DNA of 52,625 nucleotides from Nitratiruptor sp. (GTDB taxonomy: Bacteria > Campylobacterota > Campylobacteria > Campylobacterales > Nitratiruptoraceae): contig JALWCE010000097.1 of assembly GCA_027036935.1 (NCBI GenBank), positions 380 through 53,004 on the forward strand. The letters run 5' to 3'. Below the pieces are notes generated by a model, which worked only from the letters and a program-made list of their open reading frames with translations, made no database searches and was not told the DNA's origin. The position numbers and the translations under genes were made by a program. Of the stretch, positions 8,607 to 20,245 are shown in pieces (the first letter of the stretch is position 1; every line of letters starts with the position of its first letter).

Positions 8607-9222
8607 TGTATTGGATTCGAGCCAAAAAAGGTTGATCGAGGATATCAAAGCTAAAAGAGTTCAACCGCCAATAGTCTACGCTACCACCCATCAACGAGCC
8701 GGTATTGGTAGCAGAGGTAATAGCTGGATAGGCCAAAAAGGAAATCTCTTTTTCTCTTTTGCTCTGCAGATAAAGGATCTGCCAAGCGATCTACCGCTTC
8801 AGTCGGCAGCTTTATATTTTATGTTTCTTTTTAAAGAGATTTTAGCTCGCAAGGGCTCTAGGGTTTGGCTCAAATGGCCCAACGATTTGTATATTGATCA
8901 CAAAAAATGTGGCGGATGCGTCACACATAAAATAGGTCAGACTCTTATTTGCGGCATAGGTCTTAATAGCTATGTAGCTCCTGAAAGTTTTGGAGTTTTA
9001 GATATACAAATAGACCATCAAGAGCTTTTAAAAGAGTATTGTGATCTCTTGGCATCTCAAATCTCATGGAAGCAAATTTTTAGCAAATATGAGATAGAAT
9101 TTCAAAAAAGTAGAGGATATACCACGCATATTGGCGATCGGATAGTGACGCTTCAAGAGGCCTCTTTAGCCGAGGATGGTGCTTTGATACTCAAAGGAGA
9201 AAGGATATATACCCCAAGATGA
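8587..9222 (+). CDS. birA: Biotin-[acetyl-CoA carboxylase] ligase (class I, no HTH)
   Basis: Q.AGIGSRGNSW, KWPND, KCGG, GIGLN; probable TTG start at 8587. Confidence 0.92.
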   Translation: MEIRWFDVLDSSQKRLIEDIKAKRVQPPIVYATTHQRAGIGSRGNSWIGQKGNLFFSFALQIKDLPSDLPLQSAALYFMFLFKEILARKGSRVWLKWPNDLYIDHKKCGGCVTHKIGQTLICGIGLNSYVAPESFGVLDIQIDHQELLKEYCDLLASQISWKQIFSKYEIEFQKSRGYTTHIGDRIVTLQEASLAEDGALILKGERIYTPR

Positions 9223-10010
9223 GAGAGATCATAGCCATAGCCAATCAAAAAGGGGGAGTGGGGAAGACGACCACGGCGGTCAATCTAGCAGCCTCCTTGG
9301 CCAAAGAGGGCAAAAACGTACTTTTGATCGATGCGGACCCGCAGGCCAATGCAACGACGAGTTTGGGATTTAGTAGAAACGAGTATGAGTTTAATATCTA
9401 TCATGTGATGATTGGTACAAAAAAGCTCTCTCAAATCATTCTTAAAACCGATGTGAAAAATCTCTTTTTGGCTCCTTCAAATATAGGTTTGGTAGGGATT
9501 GAGAAAGAGTTTTACAACCAAAGCGAAAGGCGAGAGCTTATGCTCAAAGAAGCGATATCAGAAGTAATAGGAGAGTATGATTATGTAATCATCGATTCCC
9601 CTCCCGCTTTAGGTCCTATGACGATCAACGCTCTTAGTGCCGCTCACTCAGTTATTATTCCTATTCAGTGTGAGTTTTTTGCTCTAGAGGGGCTGGCCCA
9701 GCTGCTCAATACCATACGACTTATTAGAAAGACGATTAATCCTAGCTTAAAGTTGAAAGGTTTTTTACCTACGATGTATAGCCGTCAAAATAATCTCTCC
9801 AAACAGGTGCTAGCGGATTTGACCCACCATTTTAACGATAAACTTTTCAAAGACCAAAAAAATGCCGCGTATATCGTTATACCAAGAAATGTTCGGCTTG
9901 CTGAAAGCCCAAGTTTTGGTAAACCCGTCATAGAGTACGATAAGAATTCCACGGGCTCTTTGGCCTATAGGACTTTAGCTAAAATCATTTTGGAAAATGC
10001 CCATGAGTAG
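9219..10010 (+). CDS. parA: Chromosome partitioning ATPase ParA/Soj
   Basis: NQKGGVGKTTT deviant Walker A, IDADPQANAT, IPRNVRLAESPSFG. Confidence 0.96.
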   Translation: MREIIAIANQKGGVGKTTTAVNLAASLAKEGKNVLLIDADPQANATTSLGFSRNEYEFNIYHVMIGTKKLSQIILKTDVKNLFLAPSNIGLVGIEKEFYNQSERRELMLKEAISEVIGEYDYVIIDSPPALGPMTINALSAAHSVIIPIQCEFFALEGLAQLLNTIRLIRKTINPSLKLKGFLPTMYSRQNNLSKQVLADLTHHFNDKLFKDQKNAAYIVIPRNVRLAESPSFGKPVIEYDKNSTGSLAYRTLAKIILENAHE

Positions 10011-10845
10011 AAAAAAAGGTCTTGGCAGAGGTTTGGGAGCTATTTTAAGCGAGGTGCGTAGTGCCTATGAAAAAGAGATTCCTAAAAAAGAGATGGTAGA
10101 GATTGATGTGGATGCCATACGGACCAATCCATTTCAACCAAGAAAGCATTTTGATGAGGAGTCGTTGCATGAGTTGGCCGAATCGATCAAAAGCCACGGC
10201 CTTTTACAGCCGGTGGTGGTAATAGAGGACTTAGATGGTTACGTGCTCATAGCCGGAGAGAGGCGTTTACGGGCGAGTAAGATAGCCGGACTCTCCAAGA
10301 TCAAAGCGGTGGTGGCGGAGATAGATAAAACGAAATTTCGCGAGTTTGCCCTTATAGAAAATATACAACGAGAGGATCTCAAACCCCTTGATCTTGCCCA
10401 AAGTTACAAAGAGCTGATCGAGGAGTATGGCATTACGCAAGAGCAGCTTGCCTCTATCGTAAAAAAAAGCCGCACCCATATTACCAATACGCTGCGACTT
10501 TTAGGACTTTGCGAATATACCAAGAGCGCTTTGCAAGCGGGAAAAATTACCCCGGGTCACGCTAAAGTGTTGGTAGGGCTTAAAGAGAGCGAGCAAAAGC
10601 TTCTTACCGATACCGTCGTTGAGCAAAAAGTGAGCGTACGGGAGCTGGAGGGATTGATTCGAAAAATTAAAAAGGCTCGCACTGTTACAAAAAGTGATAA
10701 TCAAACCTTTCTCTCCACGGAGCTCCAAAACTTGGTAGAGAGGCTTCAAAACCTCGGTTTTAAGGCCAAAGCGATGAAAAACGGAGTACAGATCCTTTTT
10801 GAAAACGAAAAGGATTTGGATCTTTTTCGCAGCCGTTTTTCATAA
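10003..10845 (+). CDS. parB: Chromosome partitioning protein ParB/Spo0J
   Basis: KGLGRGL N-terminal peptide, NPFQPRK, GERRLRA CTP-binding motif, ENIQREDL, HTH; start ATG 10003. Confidence 0.96.
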   Translation: MSRKKGLGRGLGAILSEVRSAYEKEIPKKEMVEIDVDAIRTNPFQPRKHFDEESLHELAESIKSHGLLQPVVVIEDLDGYVLIAGERRLRASKIAGLSKIKAVVAEIDKTKFREFALIENIQREDLKPLDLAQSYKELIEEYGITQEQLASIVKKSRTHITNTLRLLGLCEYTKSALQAGKITPGHAKVLVGLKESEQKLLTDTVVEQKVSVRELEGLIRKIKKARTVTKSDNQTFLSTELQNLVERLQNLGFKAKAMKNGVQILFENEKDLDLFRSRFS

Positions 10846-10870
10846 TTTAATCTTTTTATATAGTTAAGTG

Positions 10871-10879
10871 TGATAAAAT
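10871..10879 (+). promoter_or_regulatory. Extended -10 (TGATAAAAT) for the atp operon
   Basis: TGnTAAAAT preceded by TTAAG, about 28 nt before ATG 10908. Confidence 0.55.
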
Positions 10880-10907
10880 CCGACCAAATTTGAAGTAAGG
10901 GAGAGGT

Positions 10908-11330
10908 ATGTTAGATATCAGTGTAGGACTGATGGTTTTTGTCGCTGTCGTCTTTTTCGTTTTGCTCTTTTTGCTCAATGGGTGGCTATATCGTCCCCTT
11001 TTGCGTTTTATGCAAGAGAGAGAGGAGAGCATACGAAGAGATCTTGAGAATGCGCAAAGTAGCGAATCTGGAGCGCAGGAGCTTTTGGAAAAGGCCGAGA
11101 AGATTTTGAGCGATGCGAAACATGAAGCCTCTAAGATGAAGCAAAAGGCTTTGGATGAGCTCAAGGCCCAAATTGCTCAGCAGATCGAAGAAAAAAGAGT
11201 CGAATTGAGTAAAAAAGAGGAGGAGTTTTTAAAACAGCTCGCTCAAGAGGAGAAGAATATCAAGAGTGCTCTTATTTCTCAAATGCCGCTTTTTAAAGAG
11301 GCGCTCAAAGCCAAATTTAACAAACTGTAA
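10908..11330 (+). CDS. atpF': F0F1 ATP synthase subunit b'
   Basis: Single N-terminal TM helix, LYRPLLRFMQER, coiled coil; first gene of the atp cluster. Confidence 0.92.
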   Translation: MLDISVGLMVFVAVVFFVLLFLLNGWLYRPLLRFMQEREESIRRDLENAQSSESGAQELLEKAEKILSDAKHEASKMKQKALDELKAQIAQQIEEKRVELSKKEEEFLKQLAQEEKNIKSALISQMPLFKEALKAKFNKL

Positions 11331-11341
11331 AAGGAGAGGGT

Positions 11342-11851
11342 GTGAGTATTCGATTCGTCTATATGCTCCTTTTCGCTTCGAGCTGGCTCTTTGCCGGTGA
11401 GAGTGGAGGAACCGATTTTATACCAAGGACGGTGAACTTCCTCATTTTCGTAGCTATCTTGTACTACCTTGCGGCCGAACCGGTTAAAAATTTCTTTAAA
11501 AACCGGAGCGCTTCTATAGCGGTGCTATTGGAGGAGGTGCAAACCAAGCTCAAAAAAGCCAAAGAGGAAAAAGAGCTCGCTCAAGCCAAGTTGGCCGAAG
11601 CGGAGCAGTTGGCCAAAGAGATTTTGGAAACTACTAAAAAAGAGATAGAGATAATGACCAAAGAGCTCAAAGAGCATGCTGAACAAGAAATTGCCCTGCT
11701 TGAGCGCTCTTTTGAAGAAAACTTGGAGTTAGAGCGGCGTAAGCGGGTGCGCCAGATCGTACAAGAAGTTTTAGAAGAGCTTTTTGAAGATAAACAGCTG
11801 GCTTTGGATAAAGAGAAGTTTATCAACCTGATTGTGAAGAAGGTGGCGTAA
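11342..11851 (+). CDS. atpF: F0F1 ATP synthase subunit b
   Basis: GTG start; TDFIPRTVNFLIF TM segment, coiled coil; position in cluster. Confidence 0.92.
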   Translation: MSIRFVYMLLFASSWLFAGESGGTDFIPRTVNFLIFVAILYYLAAEPVKNFFKNRSASIAVLLEEVQTKLKKAKEEKELAQAKLAEAEQLAKEILETTKKEIEIMTKELKEHAEQEIALLERSFEENLELERRKRVRQIVQEVLEELFEDKQLALDKEKFINLIVKKVA

Positions 11852-12381
11852 TGGAAGAGTTGATTGCAAAGCGGTATGTTAAAGCTTTGGTAGAAAGTTG
11901 CGACGAAAAGGAGTTGGAGGAGATTGAAGCCTATTTGATGGCTTTGGCCACACTTTTTAAAGATTGGAAAGTAAAGGAGGTCCTCATCTCTCCTGAAGTG
12001 AGTGAGGAGGAGAAACTCAAGCTTTTGCTCGAACCTTTGCAAGGAGCGAACAAAAAGCTTGTAAATCTCATCAAACTTCTAGCTCAGAAAGGACGTCTGA
12101 ACATTATCCCCGCAATGGCTAGGGAGCTTAAAGATAGATTGGCCTTGATGAAAAGAAGCTTTGAGGGTCGGGTATATTCTGAGTTTGAACTCTCCAAAGA
12201 TGAGTTGGCTAAAATAGAAGAGGCTCTTGAGAAGAGATTACAAGCTAAGGTAAAGCTCTCCCAAGGGGAGGAGAAGTATGACGGAATCAAAGTAGAAGTG
12301 GATACTGTGGGCGTAGAGATAGAGTTTTCTAAAAGCAAGATTAAAAAACAGCTGATCGAAAACATACTCAAAGCAATATAG
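11851..12381 (+). CDS. atpH: F0F1 ATP synthase subunit delta
   Basis: IAKRYVKAL start; position before atpA. Confidence 0.93.
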   Translation: MEELIAKRYVKALVESCDEKELEEIEAYLMALATLFKDWKVKEVLISPEVSEEEKLKLLLEPLQGANKKLVNLIKLLAQKGRLNIIPAMARELKDRLALMKRSFEGRVYSEFELSKDELAKIEEALEKRLQAKVKLSQGEEKYDGIKVEVDTVGVEIEFSKSKIKKQLIENILKAI

Positions 12382-12393
12382 AAAGGAGAAAAC

Positions 12394-13911
12394 GTGGCAC
12401 AAAAGTTACAAGCGGATGAGATCAGTGCGATCATAAAAGAGCGTATTGAGAATTTTGAACTCAAGATCGATGTGGAGGAGACCGGTAAAGTCATCTCTTT
12501 TGGCGATGGGGTGGCGAAAGTCTATGGCCTCAATAATGTTATGGCCGGGGAGATGCTTGAGTTTGAAAACGGCGATAAAGGGATGGCTTTGAACCTTGAA
12601 GAGGCTGACGTGGGTGTGGTCGTCCTCGGTCGGGGTGAAGGTATTAGAGAAGGTAGCAGTGTCAAAAGACTTGGCAAACTACTCAAAGTCCCTGTCGGTA
12701 AAGAGATGGTGGGTCGTATCATTAACGCTATCGGTGAGCCAATCGATGGCAAAGGCCCGATCGAAGCCAAAGAGTACCGATACGTTGAAGAAAAAGCACC
12801 TGGTATCATGGCTAGAAAATCGGTTCATGAGCCGCTTCAAACCGGTATCAAGGCGATCGACGCCCTCGTGCCTATTGGTAGAGGACAGCGAGAGCTCATT
12901 ATCGGGGATAGACAAACAGGTAAAACCACTGTGGCGATCGATACGATCATCAACCAAAAAGGCCAAGATGTTATTTGTATCTATGTAGCCGTAGGCCAAA
13001 AGCAGTCTACCGTAGCGCAGGTAGTCAAAAAACTCGAAGAGCATGGGGCTATGGATTATACTATTGTGGTCAACGCTGGAGCGAGTGAGCCTGCGGCATT
13101 GCAATATCTAGCGCCGTATACTGGCGTAACCATTGGTGAGTATTTTAGGGACAATGCCCAGCACGCTTTGATTGTCTACGACGATTTAAGCAAGCATGCC
13201 GTAGCCTATCGTGAAATGTCACTCATTCTTAGACGACCACCAGGACGTGAAGCCTATCCGGGGGATGTTTTTTATCTGCACTCAAGACTTCTTGAGCGAG
13301 CGGCCAAGCTTAATGACAAACTAGGAGCTGGAAGTTTGACGGCTTTGCCTATCGTCGAGACACAGGCTGGAGACGTATCCGCATATATTCCAACAAACGT
13401 CATCTCCATCACAGATGGTCAGATATTTTTGGAATCTGATCTTTTTAACGCTGGTATCCGACCGGCCATTAACGTAGGTCTCTCCGTTTCACGAGTTGGT
13501 GGTGCGGCTCAGATCAAAGCGATGAAACAAGTCGCTGGTACATTGCGACTCGATCTGGCTCAATATCGAGAGCTTGAGGCTTTTGCTCAGTTTGCAAGCG
13601 ATTTGGACGAAGCGAGCCGAAAGCAGCTTGAGCGGGGTATGCGAATGGTTGAGATCCTCAAACAGCCTCCATACTCTCCACTGCCCGTAGAAAAGCAAGT
13701 AGTTATCATTTATGCCGGCGTCAACGGCTATTTAGACGATATTCCAGTGAGTGCGGTGAGCAAATTTGAGCAAGAGCTCTATAGCTTTATCGAGGCTAAA
13801 TATCCACAAATTTATGAGATGATTCGAGAAAGAAAAGCTCTTGACGATGAGATCAAACAGCTTTTGAACAAGGCGATCGAAGAGTTCAAGGCGGGCTTTA
13901 GCGCCGAATAA
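12394..13911 (+). CDS. atpA: F0F1 ATP synthase subunit alpha
   Basis: [29 protein letters not shown]. Confidence 0.99.
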   Translation: MAQKLQADEISAIIKERIENFELKIDVEETGKVISFGDGVAKVYGLNNVMAGEMLEFENGDKGMALNLEEADVGVVVLGRGEGIREGSSVKRLGKLLKVPVGKEMVGRIINAIGEPIDGKGPIEAKEYRYVEEKAPGIMARKSVHEPLQTGIKAIDALVPIGRGQRELIIGDRQTGKTTVAIDTIINQKGQDVICIYVAVGQKQSTVAQVVKKLEEHGAMDYTIVVNAGASEPAALQYLAPYTGVTIGEYFRDNAQHALIVYDDLSKHAVAYREMSLILRRPPGREAYPGDVFYLHSRLLERAAKLNDKLGAGSLTALPIVETQAGDVSAYIPTNVISITDGQIFLESDLFNAGIRPAINVGLSVSRVGGAAQIKAMKQVAGTLRLDLAQYRELEAFAQFASDLDEASRKQLERGMRMVEILKQPPYSPLPVEKQVVIIYAGVNGYLDDIPVSAVSKFEQELYSFIEAKYPQIYEMIRERKALDDEIKQLLNKAIEEFKAGFSAE

Positions 13912-13921
13912 GGAATAGAGT

Positions 13922-14806
13922 ATGGCAAATTTAAAAGATATCAAAAGAAAGATCGGTAGCGTCAAGAATACGCAAAAAACCACCAGAGCTATGAAGCTGG
14001 TCTCTACGGCCAAGCTTCGCCGTACCGAAGAGGTGGCAAAAAGAAGCCGATTTTTTGAAGATGCGATCAATCAAACCCTAAGCGAAATCGCCGCATCGAT
14101 CAACCAGTATAAAGTAGGCGGTATCAAGGGACGCTACTTTGAAAAGCCTGAAATTCAAGGGGTGGTGGATATTCTCTTCATCACCGCCGATAAAGGGCTG
14201 TGTGGCGGTTTTAACTATCAAACTATCAAAACCGTGCGCAATTTGCTCCAAGAGTATGAGAAAAAGGGGACTAAAGTCCGTCTTAAAGCGGTAGGTAAAA
14301 AAGGGATCGAGTTTTTTAGCTTTCAAGGGTATGAGTTGGCAGATAGCGTTATAGGTCTTAGCTCTAGTCCAGATTACAAAGAGGCAGCCGCTTTTATATC
14401 CCGCTCGGTGCAAGATTATCTAGATGAAAAGATTGACGGCGTAATATTGGTACACAATGGGTATAAAAATATGATCACGCAAGAGATCAAAGTCGTGAAT
14501 CTCTTGCCTATTGATACGAGTAAATTTGAAGGGAGCGCTCCATCCTCTTTGATTGAGCTAGAGCCTGATGAGAGTGAAAAAGTGCTTGAGTCTTTGATCA
14601 ATAAATATATCGAGTTTAATATGTATTACGCACTTATTGATTCTTTGGCCGCCGAGCACAGTGCAAGAATGCAAGCGATGGATGCGGCAACCAAGAACGC
14701 CAAAGAGATGGTGGAATCTTTGACGATTTCTTACAATAAAGCACGACAAGAATCCATTACCACAGAGCTAATTGAGATTATCAGTGGTATGGAAGCAATG
14801 AAATAA
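13922..14806 (+). CDS. atpG: F0F1 ATP synthase subunit gamma
   Basis: MANLKDIKRKI, DKGLCGGFN, YNKARQESITTELIEIISG. Confidence 0.98.
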   Translation: MANLKDIKRKIGSVKNTQKTTRAMKLVSTAKLRRTEEVAKRSRFFEDAINQTLSEIAASINQYKVGGIKGRYFEKPEIQGVVDILFITADKGLCGGFNYQTIKTVRNLLQEYEKKGTKVRLKAVGKKGIEFFSFQGYELADSVIGLSSSPDYKEAAAFISRSVQDYLDEKIDGVILVHNGYKNMITQEIKVVNLLPIDTSKFEGSAPSSLIELEPDESEKVLESLINKYIEFNMYYALIDSLAAEHSARMQAMDAATKNAKEMVESLTISYNKARQESITTELIEIISGMEAMK

Positions 14807-14809
14807 TAA

Positions 14810-16234
<1,425 letters not shown>

Positions 16235-16272
16235 TAAACTCTTGGCTTTCTAGTCTATAAAGGATAAGATGG

Positions 16273-16662
16273 ATGGATACTTTAAAACTTGAAATTGTTA
16301 CGCCTGAGGGTCTTATCTTCCAAAGTAATGTCAAAAGCGTAACGTTTCCTGGAGAAGAGGGAGAGTTTGGCGTATTGCCCAAGCACGCTTCACTCCTCTC
16401 TTTGCTCAAACCAGGAGTGATCGAAATCACTCTACCCGATGGCAAACAAGAGTCCATCGTCATCAATTGGGGCCATGTAAAAGTGGATGAAAATAAGGCG
16501 GTCGCATTGGTTGAAGGCGCTATTCCTTTGGCTGGCGGGAGTGAGAGTGAGATTGCAAAACGCATAGAAGAGGCGAAAAAACTGCTTGAGAGTGCAAGCG
16601 ATAGCAAAGCGGCCTTGGCAGCCGTAGAAGCTCGAATAGAAAAAGCGGCGAAAATTATTTGA
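16273..16662 (+). CDS. atpC: F0F1 ATP synthase subunit epsilon
   Basis: LEIVTPEG, GEFGVLPKHA. Confidence 0.96.
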   Translation: MDTLKLEIVTPEGLIFQSNVKSVTFPGEEGEFGVLPKHASLLSLLKPGVIEITLPDGKQESIVINWGHVKVDENKAVALVEGAIPLAGGSESEIAKRIEEAKKLLESASDSKAALAAVEARIEKAAKII

Positions 16663-17225
16663 TGAACCGATCCTTTGCACTGCTGCTTGATTATATCGAC
16701 AAAAGTAATGCTATTACGATAGGAGTTTTGATTCTCCTATCGTTGTATTTCATTTTGGTTAATTCCATATTTTTGTACCGTTATCTTCTTCTTCGGATGC
16801 GCTTGCAAAGGGAAAAACTCTCATTAGAGACGATTCAGATAGGGAGTAAACAGCCTACGATGAACTCTTTTTTGCATCGATGTTTGGCCAACATAAAGCT
16901 CGATACCAAAGGTGCGGAGTACTGTATCTTTCAAGCCACTACGGAAAATACCAAAGGGCTTACCTTTTTATCCATCGCTGCTTCTACATCCCCTTTTATT
17001 GGACTTTTTGGTACCGTTGTCTCTATTTTGGAAACCTTTTTTGTTATGGGCTCTTCCAAAGCGAGCTTAGCCGCCATCTCCGCTTCTATCGGCGAGGCAT
17101 TGATCGCTACGGCCGCTGGAATATTTGTGGCCGTTTTTGCCTATACGTATCATTTGCTTTTAAAAAGAAAAGCTTTTGAGCTTATCTCTTACTTGCGTAT
17201 GCAGCTTGATCTTTTAATGGGATGA
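16662..17225 (+). CDS. tolQ: MotA/TolQ/ExbB proton channel protein (TolQ by context)
   Basis: SPFIGLFGTV and IGEALIATAAG motifs; upstream of tolR-tolA-tolB-pal. Confidence 0.85.
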   Translation: MNRSFALLLDYIDKSNAITIGVLILLSLYFILVNSIFLYRYLLLRMRLQREKLSLETIQIGSKQPTMNSFLHRCLANIKLDTKGAEYCIFQATTENTKGLTFLSIAASTSPFIGLFGTVVSILETFFVMGSSKASLAAISASIGEALIATAAGIFVAVFAYTYHLLLKRKAFELISYLRMQLDLLMG

Positions 17226-17620
17226 AGATGCTGTTTGATTGGGAGGAAAAGCCAGAGCTCAATATCACTCCGCTTGTAGATGTGATGCTAGTACTTTTGG
17301 CGATACTAATGGTGGCTACTCCAGCTATCGTCTATCAAGAAGATATTAATCTTCCTCAAGGCTCAAAGACTAAGGCGTATGAGAAGCAAGCTAGTATCAA
17401 AATAAAAATTGATGCCAAAAAAGAGATATTTCTTGGGAAGCAGCGCTTTAATTTTGCCAATTTTGCCGATAGTTTTATCCTCTACGCCCAAAGTATGGAT
17501 AAAAAGACTCCCGTTTATATCAGTGCGGACAAAACGCTCTCATACGGCGATGTGATGTATATCCTCAAAACTATCAAAGAAGCGGGATTTTCAAAAGTTT
17601 CGCTTATTACCAATGGATAG
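17222..17620 (+). CDS. tolR: ExbD/TolR family protein (TolR by context)
   Basis: ELNITPLVDVMLVLL, ADK..YG.V. Confidence 0.85.
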   Translation: MKMLFDWEEKPELNITPLVDVMLVLLAILMVATPAIVYQEDINLPQGSKTKAYEKQASIKIKIDAKKEIFLGKQRFNFANFADSFILYAQSMDKKTPVYISADKTLSYGDVMYILKTIKEAGFSKVSLITNG

Positions 17621-18320
17621 ATTTTATAAATTTATTTCATTTTTTGTATCTTTAATTTTTTATTTTGTAATCGTAGGTTTTTTGATCACTCATTTTACAA
17701 ATAGCCAATCGATTAAAAAAATCGAATTTAAGGCCCAGTCGATCGATGTTTATCTAAGCCCGCCTACTCCAAAGCCCCAAAAAGTACTCCCCAAGAAGCC
17801 TCCTAAACCAAAACCACAAAAGAGGATGCCGGCAAAAAAAGAAGGATCGAGCGCGCCAAAACGGAGCTCCTCTCTTAAAGATCTGTTTGCCTCTGTCGAT
17901 ACGAAGAGGTTGAAGAGTCATAAAACCCCGCGAAAAAAAAGTGTACGACCAAGTAGAGTAAGAGGGGAGGGGTCTAAAAAGGCGCAAAAACTTTTAGATC
18001 GGCTTCGTCTCAAAGAGTATCAGCCCTCTGCAAAGCGATCCATAAAATCGATCCAAGGGGAGAAAGATCCCTATTTACAAAAAATCTATAAGATATTGTA
18101 TATGTACTGGATTCCATCGCAATTGAGTGCGGGTAACAGAGCGAAAGTTAAAATTACCATCGATTCAAATGGGCAGATGCGCTACAAAGTACTACGCTAC
18201 TCCTCCAGCGAGATTTTCAATCAGGAGCTAGATCGATATCTACAGATTATGCGAATGCAAACTTTTCCCAAACCAGATAGATCAAGAGAGTTTGTAGTCT
18301 ATTTTGAAGCAAAAGAGTAG
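17613..18320 (+). CDS. tolA: TolA/TonB-like energy transducer
   Basis: N-terminal TM anchor, Pro/Lys-rich linker, TonB_C-like domain (YW.P...I.IDSNG...SS..FN); lies between tolR and tolB. Confidence 0.78.
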   Translation: MDRFYKFISFFVSLIFYFVIVGFLITHFTNSQSIKKIEFKAQSIDVYLSPPTPKPQKVLPKKPPKPKPQKRMPAKKEGSSAPKRSSSLKDLFASVDTKRLKSHKTPRKKSVRPSRVRGEGSKKAQKLLDRLRLKEYQPSAKRSIKSIQGEKDPYLQKIYKILYMYWIPSQLSAGNRAKVKITIDSNGQMRYKVLRYSSSEIFNQELDRYLQIMRMQTFPKPDRSREFVVYFEAKE

Positions 18321-18333
18321 GTTAATTTTTTTA

Positions 18334-18342
18334 TGTTACAAT
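18334..18342 (+). promoter_or_regulatory. Extended -10 (TGTTACAAT) for tolB
   Basis: TGnTACAAT 21 nt before ATG 18364. Confidence 0.55.
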
Positions 18343-18363
18343 CTATAACAAAAAAGAGGTGCC

Positions 18364-19623
18364 ATGCGTCTATTTATTCTCATTTTGTGTATGACTTTTT
18401 CTCTTTTTGCCTCCGATTTAACTTTAGAAATCGTCAAAGATGTAGGAAATCTTCCCAAAATCGCTATCGAAGTATCTCCTGAGAGTATCGAGGGAAAAAT
18501 TGGCCAAAAATTTTTTAAACTGCTCCTTGGCGATCTTAAAGTAACCTCTCATTTTGATCCGATCTCATCCTCAATAGAGTATGCGAGAATTCTTGATCCC
18601 ATTGATTATGCAAAGTATAAAGATGTAGCGTATCTTTTGCGCTATAAACTTTTTTACGATGATTTTGGCGATTTAGAGGCTAGAGCTGTGGTCTACGATA
18701 TCAAAACCTCTAAACCGCTTTTTCAAAAGCTCTATCGTCTTAGGGATAAAAAGCGCTACCCTTTTATAGCTCATAAAATTGTGTATGATTTTAACGAGGC
18801 TCTCCATTTTCCCGATGTGGCTTTTTTGAAAAGTTTTGTCATATTTGCCAAGTACATAGCTCCAAAGCGTTCAGATATCGTACTGAGCGACTATACCCTC
18901 ACATACCAAAAAACTATTGTGCACGGAGGGCTAAATATCTTTCCAAAGTGGGCGGATAAAGAGCAGCGATCCTTTTACTATACCGATATGCAGGGGCGGC
19001 CTACCCTGTATAGAGTCGATATCTACAAAGGGGTTCGCACAAAGATTTTAAGCGGTGAGGGGATGCTGGTCTGTTCAGATGTGAGTGAGGATGGGAGTCG
19101 ATTGCTCTTGACTATGGCCCCTAAGGATCAGCCTGATATCTATGAGTACAATCTCCATACTCACGCTCTGCGACGGGTGACAAGATATCCGGGGATCGAT
19201 GTTAACGGCAACTATATAGAAGATGGGGCAAGAGTAGTGTTTGTTTCCGATCGTTTAGGCAATCCTACCATATTTGCTAAGCGCATAAACTCTGATGCGG
19301 TGGAGAGGATTGTCTATCATGGTAAAAACAACAGTGCCCTTAATAGTTTTGGTCACTATATCGTCTATTCGAGCCGAGAGAGCAACAACGCTTTTGGCCC
19401 AAATACCTTTAATCTCTATCTAACCTCCACTACGAGCGATTATATTAGGCGTCTTACGGCCAATGGAGTCAATATTTTCCCAAGATTCTCAAGTGATGGT
19501 GAGACGATCCTTTTTATCAAAGAGTTTCAAAGACAAACGGCTCTTGGAGTGATTCGTCTTAAATATAATAAAAGTTATCTTTTTCCCTTATATACTGGTA
19601 AGATTCAGTCTATTGACTGGTAA
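18364..19623 (+). CDS. tolB: Tol-Pal system protein TolB
   Basis: Signal peptide, PD40-type propeller repeats (FVSDRLG.P, PRFSSDG), C-terminal IDW; adjacent to pal. Confidence 0.92.
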   Translation: MRLFILILCMTFSLFASDLTLEIVKDVGNLPKIAIEVSPESIEGKIGQKFFKLLLGDLKVTSHFDPISSSIEYARILDPIDYAKYKDVAYLLRYKLFYDDFGDLEARAVVYDIKTSKPLFQKLYRLRDKKRYPFIAHKIVYDFNEALHFPDVAFLKSFVIFAKYIAPKRSDIVLSDYTLTYQKTIVHGGLNIFPKWADKEQRSFYYTDMQGRPTLYRVDIYKGVRTKILSGEGMLVCSDVSEDGSRLLLTMAPKDQPDIYEYNLHTHALRRVTRYPGIDVNGNYIEDGARVVFVSDRLGNPTIFAKRINSDAVERIVYHGKNNSALNSFGHYIVYSSRESNNAFGPNTFNLYLTSTTSDYIRRLTANGVNIFPRFSSDGETILFIKEFQRQTALGVIRLKYNKSYLFPLYTGKIQSIDW

Positions 19624-19637
19624 TTGAGATAAGTTTT

Positions 19638-19646
19638 TGATAAAAT
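19638..19646 (+). promoter_or_regulatory. Extended -10 (TGATAAAAT) for pal
   Basis: TGnTAAAAT preceded by TAAG, 28 nt before ATG 19675. Confidence 0.55.
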
Positions 19647-19674
19647 AGGTAAAATTTGGTAAAAGGATGGATTA

Positions 19675-20232
19675 ATGATAAATAAAAATTTATGGTTTGG
19701 TTTATTTGTGGCGGCTTTTTTGATTACAGGATGTGCGAAAAAAAGCGTAGAGATAGAAGCTCCCCAAGGTCACGCTCCTACTCAAGAGCAGGCTAGCGAA
19801 GTGAATGAAGGTTCTGGTATCAAATCAGTAGGAGAGATGTCTGAGGAGTCTATGACGCAAGAGGAGAAATTGCGTCAGATGAAAATGATCGAATCCCAAG
19901 CCAAAAAGATCTATTTTGATTTTGACAAATACAATATCCGACCTGATCAAATGCCGCGAGTAGAGTATGATGCACAGCTTTTTAATAGACCTGAGGCCAA
20001 GCCTTTTGGTATCAAAGTAGAGGGCAACTGTGATGAGTGGGGGACGGATGAGTACAATTACGCTTTGGGACTTAAGCGTGCAAAAAGTGTACGGGATGCG
20101 TTGGAGGCCAAAGGGGTCGATCCTAAACGTATGAGTATCATTAGTTACGGAGAAAGTAATCCAGTATGTACAGAGCATACAAAAGAGTGTTGGGCCAAAA
20201 ACCGACGGGTAGAGTTTGAACTTATTCCATAG
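19675..20232 (+). CDS. pal: Peptidoglycan-associated lipoprotein Pal
   Basis: Lipobox ITG-C; IYFDFDK, EGNCDEWGTDEYNYALG.KRA, SYGE, NRRVE. Confidence 0.95.
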   Translation: MINKNLWFGLFVAAFLITGCAKKSVEIEAPQGHAPTQEQASEVNEGSGIKSVGEMSEESMTQEEKLRQMKMIESQAKKIYFDFDKYNIRPDQMPRVEYDAQLFNRPEAKPFGIKVEGNCDEWGTDEYNYALGLKRAKSVRDALEAKGVDPKRMSIISYGESNPVCTEHTKECWAKNRRVEFELIP

Positions 20233-20245
20233 TCAAATAGGTATT

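Noticed and set aside
9219-13500. parS site near parAB
   Set aside because: No TGTTTCACGTGAAACA-like palindrome seen; only a half-match (GTTTCACG near 13486) inside atpA.
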